Source: Podarcis liolepis (lineage: Eukaryota). From it: a stretch of 64,000 nt of DNA. The DNA is taken from assembly GCA_965112155.1 (NCBI GenBank), contig OZ218098.1. One strand, 5' to 3'. The position numbers and the translations under genes are program-made. How positions within the stretch are numbered: position 1 is the stretch's first letter; each line of letters starts with the position of its first letter. The notes below the pieces were generated by a model, which saw only the letters and a program-made list of their open reading frames with translations, had not been told where the DNA came from and searched no databases. Below, piece after piece: positions 37,169 through 49,600 of the stretch.

Positions 37169-39154
37169 AAACCACTTTCTAGCACTTATGGTGACAAAAA
37201 CAGTCTTGGGAAAATATGTCCACCAACAGTGCCCCATCAGAAGAGCTCAGGAGCTGAAGCAAAGCATAAGGAATCTGATGGCCCTTAAGGTCCTTTGCAC
37301 CCAAGTTGTTTAGGGCTTTGTGAAGTAACACCAGGCCGCATCACAGTCAAGCCCACACTACAGTGTATTCTGTTGGCTGCAATACAGTGCTTCTTTCAAA
37401 CCTAATTTCAGTGGTGGGGGAGGGATCCAGGGGATCGTGCAGATCCTGCCACTGTGTGTGTAGGTGCACCTATGGGTGCATGGTTGGTGATCCCTGGTCT
37501 TGGCCTTTTCAACGGTGGCCTACAGTGCAGCAGTTGCAAGAAAAGAAAAGGGCAAATTCTATGTTAGGGACTGAATAAAAGCATCCCCTGCTGAATGAAT
37601 ACACTATCTGCCAGATCACAAATATAGAAATCAAGGATTGTAATGCTCATGATGTAATAAATACCCTATCTATCCACTGAAATATAGTGTGCTCCTTTGC
37701 CAAGGTGAGGGAAACTGTGAAACATCAAAAAATATTCACAAGAGTACGTTTGTGATGGGATTGTTCATGTTTTGACACTGCCTGTCAGAACAAATAAATC
37801 GTAATTTGCTGTGTAACTGGGATTATGGCCTGCTATGCTCTAGTGTGCTTCATTGCAACAGAAATTTAAAGGAACAGCCTATTTTAATCTGTTTTTAAAT
37901 TTAACTGCTTCAGGTGAAAAAGGGGCTTTTAGAAAAATTACTGATAAAATGCTAGATAAAGGCAGCTTTTCTCTGACTCACTCTTTCTTGGTAGCTGTTT
38001 CCCTTTTGTAAAAGACTGTTTTGGTATGTTGTTAGCTTCCTTTGGCTTTTCTTTTGGCAACAGAAGCATGATACAAAAGTGAAGTGAAACAATTTTGCAG
38101 GGGGAGGGGAGGTGTGTGCTTTATTTATTTATGGCTTGCATTTATATACTGCCTTTCTCCTAAGGCAGTTTACAATTTAAAATATTAATGCAAGCAAATA
38201 GTACAAAATGTTTTTAGGCCTACATGAGGAGCAGATGGCAGATGCTATTTGCAGAGCATCTTTTAATATTTAGTAGTATAAATGGATCCTTGTGCCTAGC
38301 TGAAAGACTGCTTGTATGTTTAGCCTATTTACATGTATAAAGTAATTTTCAAGTCCAGTGCTTCCCCACCAACAGCCTCTGTGGAAGCAACTCCCAGCTC
38401 CCCACGTAGGTAACAGAAGTGGCAAACAGGTATTTTGAGTTCAATCCTCCCCACCCACAAATGAGAGTTTGCCATATGTTTGTAACTTGCCTAACATAAT
38501 TTATTAAATATATACATTATCTTCTAATACTGAGCACCTCATAGTAGACTGAATAGAGTGCTGAACTGAGTTGTCAAATTAAATCACACCGTGAGTGAAA
38601 ATGATATATATATATTGTTCAGAACTTGCTTATAGGACTATGAAACTTCGCAGTCTGTGCTCGTGTTACACTAGCACAACTGGGGAGATAGAATGGTCCA
38701 CTCACAGTGCAAATGCGGACACAGAAAGCTGCAGAGGAGCTGTGAGAGGACAGAAATAATAACTTATGTACCAGTGATGGGAAGGGGTCATTCTGACTGA
38801 AATGGATCTCTAGAAGTAGAGCTGGAGAGGGAGGGAGAAAGGTAGGCAAGCACTGGGAATGTTGGAGTCATTTGCCCCTCTGACTTCATTTATGACATGA
38901 TTCTACAACCAATTCTCTAGCTATTCATCAGCTGAATAACACATGTGGTAAAGACAATCAATTCATGGTTTCTGAAATAGCTGTCCATTATGGATAGGTG
39001 TTGATAGGCCAAATGAGGTAGATAAAGAAAATGTAACACTTTATGAAAGCCAAATATAATCACTTCTTATGACCTAGACATAGACAGGATTTTTACTGAA
39101 TTAACCCCCCACCCTTTTGCAAAGTTGCCCAACTTTTTCTATTATATCCGACAG

Positions 39155-39505
39155 ACTGAGCCTGAAATGATAGAAGAAACAAATGTTGACCGTGTCAATG
39201 AGCCCCGAAATTATAACAGAGCTCATCAAGCAAAAGGCCATTCAGAGACATCGACTCTGAGTTCCCAGCCATCCATTGATGAAGTCAGACAACAGATGCA
39301 CATGCTACTGGAAGAAGCCTTTAGTTTGGCCTCAGCGGGTCATGGAGGACAGAGCAGGCAGCAAGATGCTTACAGTTCTACACAGCAGTTGCCATACTCT
39401 GAAGTTGTGACCAGTGCTCCTGGTACCATGTCTCGACCCAGAGGAGGAATACAGTGGGTGCCTACCTATAGACCAGAAGTGTATCAGTACAGTTTGCCAA
39501 GGCCT
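39155..39505 (+). CDS. KIAA1549L: KIAA1549L exon H: TEPEMIEETNVDRV...SSQPSIDEVRQQMHMLLEEAFSLAS...EVYQYSLPRP
   Basis: Acceptor tccgacag|, donor CCT|gtaagt; 351 nt, phase 0->0; family motifs QPSIDEVRQQMHMLLEEAF and VVTSAPGTM. Confidence 0.95.
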
Positions 39506-39674
39506 GTAAGTGACCACTTATATGTGTTATACTCAGAACTGTTGTTGAAATGCCAGAATTTGGACTTTAGGGAGTTTCTCTTCTGGCCATCACATACTTC
39601 ATGTAGTGGCTCGAAGATTCTGCTGGGCTGTGTGAATGATGTTCAGTTTTCATCCTCATTATCATCCTCCTCAT

Positions 39675-39836
39675 ATTAAATTTCTATACCTCCCTTCATC
39701 CAAGGATCACAGGGCAGTTTATAGTATGAAAACACAAAATACATAACAAACAAAACAAACAAAACAATATCCCCCCACCCCAGTTTAAAAGGCCATAGAT
39801 TGTTTAGTCAAAAGTCCTGGGAGAAGAGAAATGTTC
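39675..39836 (-). mobile_element. L2-like 3' end fragment
   Basis: tatacctcccttcatccaaggatcacagggcagtt, shared with the element at 62667. Confidence 0.55.
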
Positions 39837-42800
39837 TAGATTAGTTTTGAGATGAATAACCCAAGTTGGCTTTGAAATAGAAATTAACTTACTGTACTTA
39901 AAATAAGCAGAGTAAGAGCTTGTCCGCATATCTGCTTGTCATGTGGGTCCGATCTTCCACTTGTCCTGTGCTTTCTAGGCACAGATCTGAGTGGTTTTTC
40001 CATTTCTTCCACTGCTTTCCCCAGGAAAACCCACTGTTTACCTCATAATTGGAACAAATGTCAATCCACAGAAAAACTGATTCATTCAATGGCAAGCAGC
40101 GGGTCTTCCTGTTGGAAAGCAGAAGGACAAGCGGAAGTGTGGGAGAGCCCTAAAAGGCAAGTTGGCTTTAGAAAACCAGCATTTATTAGTGACCTGCTGT
40201 GGATATCATGCTAAACACTAATTTAGCATTATATGAATGAGCTGCAGCTTGCCTCAGGGGTAGATTCAAAGAGGTGTTTGGAAGCATTCACTGTTTCTGC
40301 TTAACCACAGCTTGTTGTGTTGTTTGAACCAACAAACTGTGATCAAACTGTGGTTAATATTCACAAGCCAAGTTCAAAATTGCTTTGAAAGCTTCTGAAG
40401 TACTTCTTGAAGTTGTGGTAGAGAGGGAGGGAGGAGCATACTAGCCTGAGTCTTACTTTGACTGGTTCTCACCATGCTAAACTGTGCGTTAGCATGATGC
40501 CATGATGCCCCCTGTGTGTTGAGAATGGAGCTTTATTGGCAGTTTTAGATAGATAATTGCTTCTTGTTATTGTCCTGGCTCCTAAAAATGAGGTTAGCGA
40601 TGGGCTACCATAAAGTGAACATAAGGGAGAAATGCAAAGGCTTTCCAGGTGTTTCCGGTGGCAAAGTCATTGGATTCACAGATATGTATTGTCAAATTAT
40701 ATCCAAATAGGAGATGCCTCATGCTAAACCAACACTATGAAGTTTAGACAGGCAGAATCTATGGTTGGGATATGTTGACAATCTAGGAGAGGAATCTCAT
40801 ATTCCATCTTGGTGCTGCTACATAGTCAGAGTAACAAGATCTTGTGATTAAAGAGCCACCTTGAGATTCAGGAGATTTTATTTATTTATGCTGTCCTCCT
40901 TCATTCAGAGCACCTGCGATGAAAAGAAGGATCCATAATGTCATGTATACTTAAGAAAGTTCCCAAGAGACACTGCGAAAACTGTTATCTATGTGCTTCC
41001 AGTCTTGTGGGCTAGGTTGTCTGTCACCTACACTTTAAAAAGGGAGACAGGCGCATGACTAATCCCGGTCCTTTTCTCAACAGCTAAATAGGAACAAAAA
41101 TGTTTTTTTTCCTGCCTGAGCTAAATCAGTTATGAATCACCTCATTGATATAAAGATAGGCTATAGCAAACCTGCTGGGGTTGTTCCTGGAAAATGTGAC
41201 TAAACAGAAGCAGCAGGTGATCTCCAGCCCACCTACACCTTGAATAAGTTGTTCAGAAAGAAAGAAAGAAAAAACTTTAAAGCTTCCTTCCTTTCCCTGT
41301 GTTGATTTCAGAGAATCTAGCCAGCCCAATCTGTTTTATTTACTAAGGCCCAAAGTACATATTGCTAAAGGTATTTTGGGCACCACCAATTCACAGCTCT
41401 CTGTTATGTTTAGTTGGGAAAAATGGTTGCTGTTGATATCATCACAGCAGAAGGCTTAACCTGATAACATCTCCACCATTCTAATTCTTTTTTTTTCTTT
41501 TTTAAAAATACATATTACTGGGGAGACATGGGGAAAATGTGGGTTGGCAAATTCCCCAGGACATGTTCCATTTTGGTTAGAGGTGCAATCTCTACCTTTC
41601 TCATTCATCTCTCCCTTTGAAGTATTTACTCAGATGAAGCATTTACTCTTGCCTTGGCATGGTTTAGCGTATCCAACTAGATAGTTATACTTTATCCACT
41701 GCCTGCCATTGTAGAGAGTTACATTGGTCTTTGCAGACATTTCCCAATGACCTTGTATATGTGTAATATATCCTGATGTAGCCTGGACACTTTCTGTGCC
41801 TTCCAACCACCTCTTTCTTGTGGCACTGATTCCAAAGACCGTTGGTTTTGGATTCTTTAATAATAGCTGATCTGTAACAAAACAATATATAAAGACCAAC
41901 TTTTTTGTGCTAATCTAAGACAGATATGCTTCTTCCCGGACAAATAATAAGTTCTTAACATATCAAGCATTGGCAGAACATTCATTTAAAAATAGGCCTG
42001 TGAAATATTGAGTTTACTGTGAAATAGAGAACAGTCTGAAATTTGCTTTGTAACCAAGAAAAAGACCCTAGAGCTAAAGTTGCTGTATCTTACCCTGGTG
42101 TAAACAGCTTTACTGTTTTGTAAAAAGGCATTTCACATTTCATAATAGAAATAAGCATGTCTATATGGATAGCTTATAAAGTCCCCAGATTATTCCTCTT
42201 ATGGTGCAAGAATGACCCCCCCCCCCAGGTTTCATACTCAAAACTGCTAGGATGGGGAGACAGAAAAAAAAATGTTATTTTTGATCCATTCCTTTCGGGT
42301 TTATTTGAAAGCTAGTTACATTAAATGCAAAGGTTCATGCTGCTGCTTAACTCTTGGTGGAAGTTGCCCATGGGCTCAGAAACCTGGGCTCGTGGTTTAT
42401 CTCCCACAGGCAAACCATGGTCAATGAGCCAAGTACAAACCATGACCATGCGTTTGGACATAATGCCAAGTCTAACTATGGCTTAGCTTTGGGCTGCATG
42501 GTGGCAGCAGGACCAGGGGAGAAATGAAGCAAATGCAATCTCAGCTACCTATTCGTCTCTCTCAGCTCCCTCCCCACACCCCCCATCTCTCTGAACTCTC
42601 CTAAGTGATAGAGTAGGAAATGTGTTTCAATGCATCCTATCTGAATCTTACAACACCTCCCGTGTCAAGGTGTCTATTTAGGGTACCTAGAATGCCATGC
42701 TGTTCTCAGTGATGATTTTGATATGTTGGCTGTTCTAGGAGAATGAAAAGTAGAGGATGTCACAGTAGCATTTCAATCTAGCTGCTAAGCAGATTTGATA

Positions 42801-43499
42801 ACTGTCGCTGTATTCCCAAGTTAACTTGACAATCTCTGTCACAGTGCAAAGGCTGCAAGATTAGTATCTCATGCTTTGGGCCATAGGCTGATGGTGACAG
42901 TGTCAGGGAGGTGTTTTGACACGCGCGTAACATGGCAAAAATCTCTAATTTTGCTGTCTGCCATTTTCTGTCAAACTCTGTAAATCCTGGGTGACTGATC
43001 CAATAGCCTCTAAAATCTGATCCCCAGGATTACTTTACTTTGGTGGTAGTGGTTGTTTTTTGTTTTGTTTTTTTAAATTGAGTCTTTATGTTGTCATAAT
43101 AAAGGAACTTGCTTGTTCTTGCCTAGAGGAACATGAAACATATTCCCTGTTAAAAAGGTTGGAAAGAAAAGTTAAAATATAAAATGGTTTTCTTGTAGAC
43201 ATTTTTGTTTCCTGTGATAATGTTAGGTGCCTTGAGATATTCCAACATCAAAATATTTTTATTTTTAGTGGGACAAAAAACCCATTCTGAATTCTCCTTG
43301 GGGGAGAATTCAGACAGACAAGAACACTGCAGCGTTGAAATTTTAGGATGCACTAATAATGTTCACTTTGAAATAGGCTTGGATTACAGTCTTCTTCCAA
43401 CATGCTTATGTCATATTTTGGAGAAATGCAATGCAGTATAATTTTTTAATGAAAAGTCAGTGGATCGTTGAGGAAATATCTATTTATTTTTCTTAACAG

Positions 43500-43597
43500 G
43501 CTTATAGATTTTCTCCACTCCCTGAAATGGTGATGGGTTCTCCACCTCCTCCTGTGCCTCCTAGGACGGGACCTGTTGCCGTCACCTCTCTTAGGAG
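43500..43597 (+). CDS. KIAA1549L: KIAA1549L exon I: AYRFSPLPEMVMGSPPPPVPPRTGPVAVTSLR
   Basis: Acceptor tttttcttaacag|, donor GAG|gtacta; 98 nt, phase 0->2. Absent from the ORF track. Confidence 0.92.
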
Positions 43598-44924
43598 GTA
43601 CTATGCTACTGTTTTTATGTTTTAGCTGAAAATGTTGTATCTCTATCTCAAGATGGAAGATTTCTTTATAACTGAAATTGAAAGCCTCAGATGCATTACA
43701 GGGCTAGCATTTCTTATGCTGTATAGGTATTTGTGAAACTATAATCAAGTAGTGTCATTTCAGAATTTTAGGATTTCAAATTGTTTTTAAAAGCAAGCAA
43801 GCAAGGAAAAATGTGGGGTATTGTTCCGCTGTAAGCTACTCAGATACCTAATAGTATCTTAAACCATGATTTAAATCCTCTATCATAAAGGCATGCCAGA
43901 TTTGTTGTTCTGTAAAAGAAGTAAATGATTCATAAACCTCCCTGTTTTTCTCTTCTGAGACGACCAGCAGTAAGCATTGCAAAATATATGGATGACCTTA
44001 TAAAATTGATTTTGGCACTCTAAAGACATTTAGAGAGATTGTTGCCATCAAGTTTCTTATCTGCACTTTAAACGCCTAATAAATATGAATCAGTTTTAAC
44101 AATGTTTTAGTATTTAGTGCCCAGTTCTCCAGGCACTGCTGTTGTACAGTTCCCATTCATTCTAATCTTGTGGACATTGCCTTTTAAATTCTGTTTTCTC
44201 ACAGTCAGATAGCTCATGCATTCCTAAAGCAGTTGCATAGCTCAGGCTCTTGGTCTATGAAATGCTGCTTCTACAAAATGACACCTGTTTGCAAAGCCAC
44301 AACATAGCAGGCATGTTATATTTTATTGTGCATTAGCATAAGAATACAGAAACAGCTGAGCTGTCCTGATTGGCTGCCAGTGATGTCATAACTGTTGTGC
44401 AAAAATATCAGTGGACTGTAAAACACTGGCAGCCATGCTCATCCTTCACTGTCAGAACAAATGTAGCACTGAGCTACACAGACTATATAAAAGAAATAGG
44501 ATTTTTTAAACTGAAATTACTGTGTTTTTAAACTTACTATATTTTGATTTTTAAAAGAAAATTATCAGTACAGGCAGGATACAGTAAGTAACCAGTGCTA
44601 TTTGTTGTAGCCTCACTACTTTTTATTTATTCTTATTTTCTAACATATATTTGTGCTATACCAAATCAGGATATGTCTTTGGGATGCAGGCTATATAAAT
44701 GATGCTTGAAGTAGCGACTCAGCTCTACTGGTATGCACCCATTGTAAACAACTGTCAAAGCAAAAAGCAAAATGCTTTCTCTACCCGCCTTTCACAAAAA
44801 GATCCCATACTTCTGTGACTAAAGCTGTAGTTAACTGGTCTGCTCCAGAGCAAGTAGGTTGTGGATTGCAACTGATGTGTGCTTGATGTTGGAATGACTG
44901 ATGTTTCCAATATATATTATACAG

Positions 44925-45073
44925 GTCGACGTCCGATATTGGCAGCAAGACAAGAATATCAGAGTCCAGTGGAACTGAACAGATTCAGCCGCATGATCAT
45001 GCCCCTTTTGTCCCAGTATCAAGAGCCCCAGTATCTGTGGCTCCATTGGATCAATCAGCCTTGAATTACTCAG
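44925..45073 (+). CDS. KIAA1549L: KIAA1549L exon J: (R)STSDIGSKTRISESSGTEQIQPHDHAPFVPVSRAPVSVAPLDQSALNYS
   Basis: Acceptor ttatacag|, donor CAG|gtgaaa; 149 nt, phase 2->1. The ORF-track frame at 44879 is the wrong frame. Confidence 0.9.
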
Positions 45074-45788
45074 GTGAAAAACGCATGCGGTACAAACAGA
45101 GACCACATCTAAGTCTGTATGGCATAGAGACAAGCGTATGAGATCTTGCAAGCACCTTGTTTAGGACTGTGTTAAATGGTTCTCTTGAAGGCTTGATGAG
45201 GAGAATTAATAAAAGGATCCCCACACACTCTTTCATTTTATCACATGCAGCATATTTCTAATATGGGAGAGGAATGGGGAGGAAGGATATGGTCTTTCTG
45301 TTTGAAGCACCTGGAATTGGCATCTTTCTAAGACAGGATCTTGGAACCGATGGTGTGTTTTGCTGTACAGAAAGCAAATGGCCCTGTAACGTAGACCGTT
45401 TCCCTTGTAATGGCTGCTTACTCTTGAGTGGAATGCACTCTGCATTGACCCAAAGGCCACAAGCTTTCTTTAGAAAGAGCCTGTTCAGATTACCACTTTC
45501 AGCTAAATGTGGTGAAGCCATCCTGAATTGGTGGCAAATGTCATGTGATTGTTTCATTGTGTCTCCAGCTTGCAAGCTAGCATGTCCTTGCAAACCATTC
45601 AAAAATGAATTAGGTGAGGATATCCTGATTCGTGACTGACCAGGTCCCCTTTGTGGCAGATCAATTCAGATTAACTTCACTTCACATTAAATAGGTTGAA
45701 TATGGTCATAACATGTAGGCGTTTCTTCTGGGAGCTCACTATCAAGTAGATTCTACTTGCAATGAGAAGCTTCAGAAAAAATATATAT

Positions 45789-45981
45789 GGACACATGAAG
45801 CTGCCTCATGCTGAGTCAGAACATTGGTTCATCTAGTCCAGTATCATCTATTCTCACTGGCCACAGCTCTCCAGGGTCTCAGACCAGAGGTCTTTCTCAG
45901 CCACGTGCTAGAGATGCTGGTGACTGAACCTAGGACCTTATACATGCAAAGCATGTTCTATACCATTGAGCTCTGCCTCCC
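45789..45981 (-). mobile_element. tRNA-derived squamate SINE
   Basis: Reverse strand begins gggaggcagagctcaatggtatagaacatgctttgcatgtataaggtcctaggttcagtcacc (A/B-box tRNA-like head). Confidence 0.7.
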
Positions 45982-46571
45982 CGACCCCAATCTCTTTGAT
46001 TACAAAGAAATTCCAGTCAACTTAGCAAAATCCTTTCTGTATTAAGGAAACACTTCAGACATTATATATCTGCTTAGGTACATTTGGACGTCTACAACCT
46101 AAATGTTTGTGCAAGACTGTGTGTGAACTAGTTGGGCTCATCTTCTATTTCACATTGTAACTTTAAGCTGCCATTTTGTTAGTGTTCTTGAGTTGACTAA
46201 ACCAATCATCCAGTTGCTGAAGCCCATATCATCTTGAAAAGGATTCCCCCCCCCCAACCAGATTGAACAGAAACCCAGCGCAATGTGTATCAAATACAAA
46301 TAATGGAAGGTTGTGTTGCTGGGGGGTAGGAAAGGCATGTGCAAGCAAATTATAAAAGGATCGCTTGTGGTTCCGGGTTCACAAGAAGGTCGGGAAGAAA
46401 CAGGTGATTTTTCAGGGTTTTTGAAACCTGACAGAACGACATTAAACGATTGGCGCTCACTCAGCCGCTAGAATTGTGTCAAAGTAAAGGTGAGCAAGGG
46501 AAGAGTAACTGTTCTGTCTTTGAGAAAAATGTTGGTGAGGGGTAGATTGGGATCGCCTTTTGCTTGCTGAT

Positions 46572-46599
<28 letters not shown>
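46572..46599. repeat. (TTTA)n tract, probably the tail of a minus-strand L2-like fragment extending to ~46672
   Basis: Read directly; adjacent ataccgcttgattg...aagcggtttaca. Confidence 0.8.
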
Positions 46600-46604
<5 letters not shown>

Positions 46605-49600
46605 CCTTTCCTTAGTTATTTATTTAAATGTACATACCGCTTGATTGTAGTAAAATTCCTAAGCGGTTTACACGAAAAGTAGAGTTGAGATTTTTCTCCT
46701 ACAGACGTTGTACCGTGGATGTTCACCTTGCATTCCCCCCTCCCCCCGGCCCCACCTGCGACGTTTTGGAGTAAGTTACCATGCGTCTATAAAGAATCCA
46801 TTCATTGTGGGATGTTAGCTTCTAAATAAGAGGCTAGAAGCAAGATTTTTCACTTTGCTTCTCACAGAGGATGGTTGGGGCAAACAAAAGTTGAAAATGA
46901 AAAAAATGTGTAGGAGAAAATGCTGACTCGCTTACTGATTTGGGGGCATTTTATCTACAGCTACACCCTCCCCCCCTTTGGATACTTCCATCTTCTATTC
47001 TGTGATACAACATTCAATAGCTGTGTACATGTCATGGCTGCTACATGAGTAACTGTGCTCCTATATGCCCTAGATTGAAGTCCCTGTTTTCTATCTTCTG
47101 TTGTAACATCTGTCCTTCCAAATTCAAAGCATTGTCTGCTACACTGCTGGTATACTTTTGTATTTTTAAAATACTGAATAGTGGTAAATGATCAATAGAA
47201 TAAAATTGCATTTCCAGTAACTTATGTAAACATAAAGAAGTAAGAATCAACAGTGTGTTGCAGTTTTAAAAAAAATAAATACTCAAAAGATATTGTTTTC
47301 ACGATTAAGTTCCCCAAAACTTCACAGTTATTTGAATACATCAGGTACTCAATTCCATTGATGAGGTATTCCAGTGCCTCAAATTTCATGAGACACAGAA
47401 TAGTCTCTTAATATTGAAAACTCTGAAATATCTGGATGACACTGGGCTGAATGAGCTGTTGGCATTGACACAGATGAGTCTCTCTAACTTTTCTGACTCT
47501 GAAATCACGAGGTGCTAAGCTATTGCAAGAACATTATATCCACTTTTCCTACACATGTAAAATAACATCTTTGTAAAAATATAAAATCCCTTAATTTTCT
47601 TTGTAAGATAGAAATTTAATAATGTACCAACAGAAAATGCCTTTGTCTTAAACAACTGCCCCTAACAAAAATCGCAGTTAAGGCCACAGTCCTAAGTTCA
47701 CTACATGGAAGCAAACTTTTCACTGAAACAAATGGGAATTGCATTGTATTTATGATTGGGTACTAAACTATGGGTTTAATTTTTTTTGCACCCGGTTGGG
47801 GATGGGGAAAAAGGGCTTGTAGAAATTTCACTATATTGCCTTAGGTTGTGATCCAGTGGAGCGTTTAAGAGTTTTACTTAATTTTAAGCATGTAAATAGT
47901 CCCAGGGGACCGCTCAGCACAGTTTGCATGTTGCCAAGGGGTGTGTTAGTGCTTGTGTGCTCTTCTGCTCCCAGCTCCCAGCTCCCAGTGGTTGAAATAC
48001 AGTAACGCAGCTCATGCTTCTTGGCAGTCTATTGCCACAGACAACTTTTGCCAGGAGCTGTTTCTGATAAGCGCAGTTTAGCTGAATATTTCTGGAACTG
48101 ATTGGTAGTAGACTCGTACAAAATTACTAATTACGGGAATGAGAAAAAAATTATACTATGGTAACATTTGGCTAGCTAGCACAGTGATTCACACCTACTA
48201 TTAAAGAGGATGCTGGCATTCAGTTTTCATCTAGGATGCATCTCTTTGTCCCAACCTCTGAATGGGCTGCCCTTTCTGCCCCAACCAACTTACTCCAGAT
48301 GCCATATTCTTCACTGCCTGGGTGGCTCCACGTGGAAAGATTCCTCTTTCGTGCATAGACTTGGGGGATGCGCTGTGCTAGCTTTTGTCTGATTTTTGTT
48401 TAAAGGGGAAGCAATGTAGAATACTGTAGATACTTGTTTGTTTAAATATATTAAATGTTGGTCAGTTTAGAATTTGGGTGCTGGTACTCCAAAAGAGATG
48501 GTGTCTGATGCTAAGGTGTCGGCATTTTAGGAAGGTGTAAATTACTACTGACATGGCACATTTATTTACCATCACTAGTTGGCTTGATGCAGAACAAATG
48601 TGATGGATACTCTCCTTGTCCAGAAGGCGACTGTTAATGTCATGGGTAGTAAGAGAGAATGCCAAACTCCCAGTTCTGCCGAGGAAAAGATTGCATTTCC
48701 TTGATGAGACCTCAAATTTAACTAAGGTGTAGCAATTTTGGTGATTTGCTTTTTATTCACCTAAAAACGGACTCCTGAACTGAATAATAATTCTATTAAG
48801 TTTTTCATTGTATCTAATTTCACAGAATCTCCTTGGGAATAGTTACCACAGGTAATATGGACATACTGGAACTACATGACAGAATCTTTGCAAAAAACAG
48901 CAACACTTAGCTTGTTTTCCCATTTTCTCAGTTTTGCTTTATATAAACAAGACAACAGGATGATCATGCATTCACATGGGCTGGCTTTGGGACCCCAGGA
49001 TATTTTATTAAATGGCTATTATTTAGAGCATTAATAGCATGCTAGCCTTGTTTGGCACATACGTCACAGAAAAAAATATCAAAAATAGGAGGAGGATAAT
49101 GTAGTAATTCAATCCTTATTATCATTGGATATTTCTAAACAGAAATTTTATCCCTGGAGATTAGTTTTGCGGAATATGAACGGTGATGTGAAGAGGATAA
49201 CAGGATTCTTCTTCCATGTCAACGTATTCATTTTAGACTTGCTGATCCTTTCAAACTTGGATTCAAGGCTTTCATGAGTGTGACTATGTAACTGGGAGAC
49301 AATGAATTACTGCCTCAAGATCAGAAAGACTAATCAGAGAATATTGTAGTGAGGAAGCACTCTTTATTGTCATATATCAAGACAAAGCATGAGCTATGAT
49401 AAATAAACATTATTTATTAAATTTGTATGCTGCCCTACATCTTTAGATCACAGGGTGGTTCACAACCTTGGCTCTATGGATCTACTGCTGCTATTTACAG
49501 CAGTCAAAGATTTCATTTGACCAGAGGCACTCAAATTTTCTTGAAATCAACAAAAACCAAATCAAACCTAAAAACTACCCTTGTGCCTCCCTACATACAA

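Noticed and set aside
38064-38078. 15-nt in-frame exon-like segment (KHDTK)
   Set aside because: Good acceptor but very weak donor (AAA|gtgaag).
39506-39679. ORF-track extensions beyond exons (e.g. 39125..39679, 26105..26566, 13561..13893, 52791..53201)
   Set aside because: Read-through into introns past canonical splice sites; family similarity stops at the donor or acceptor.
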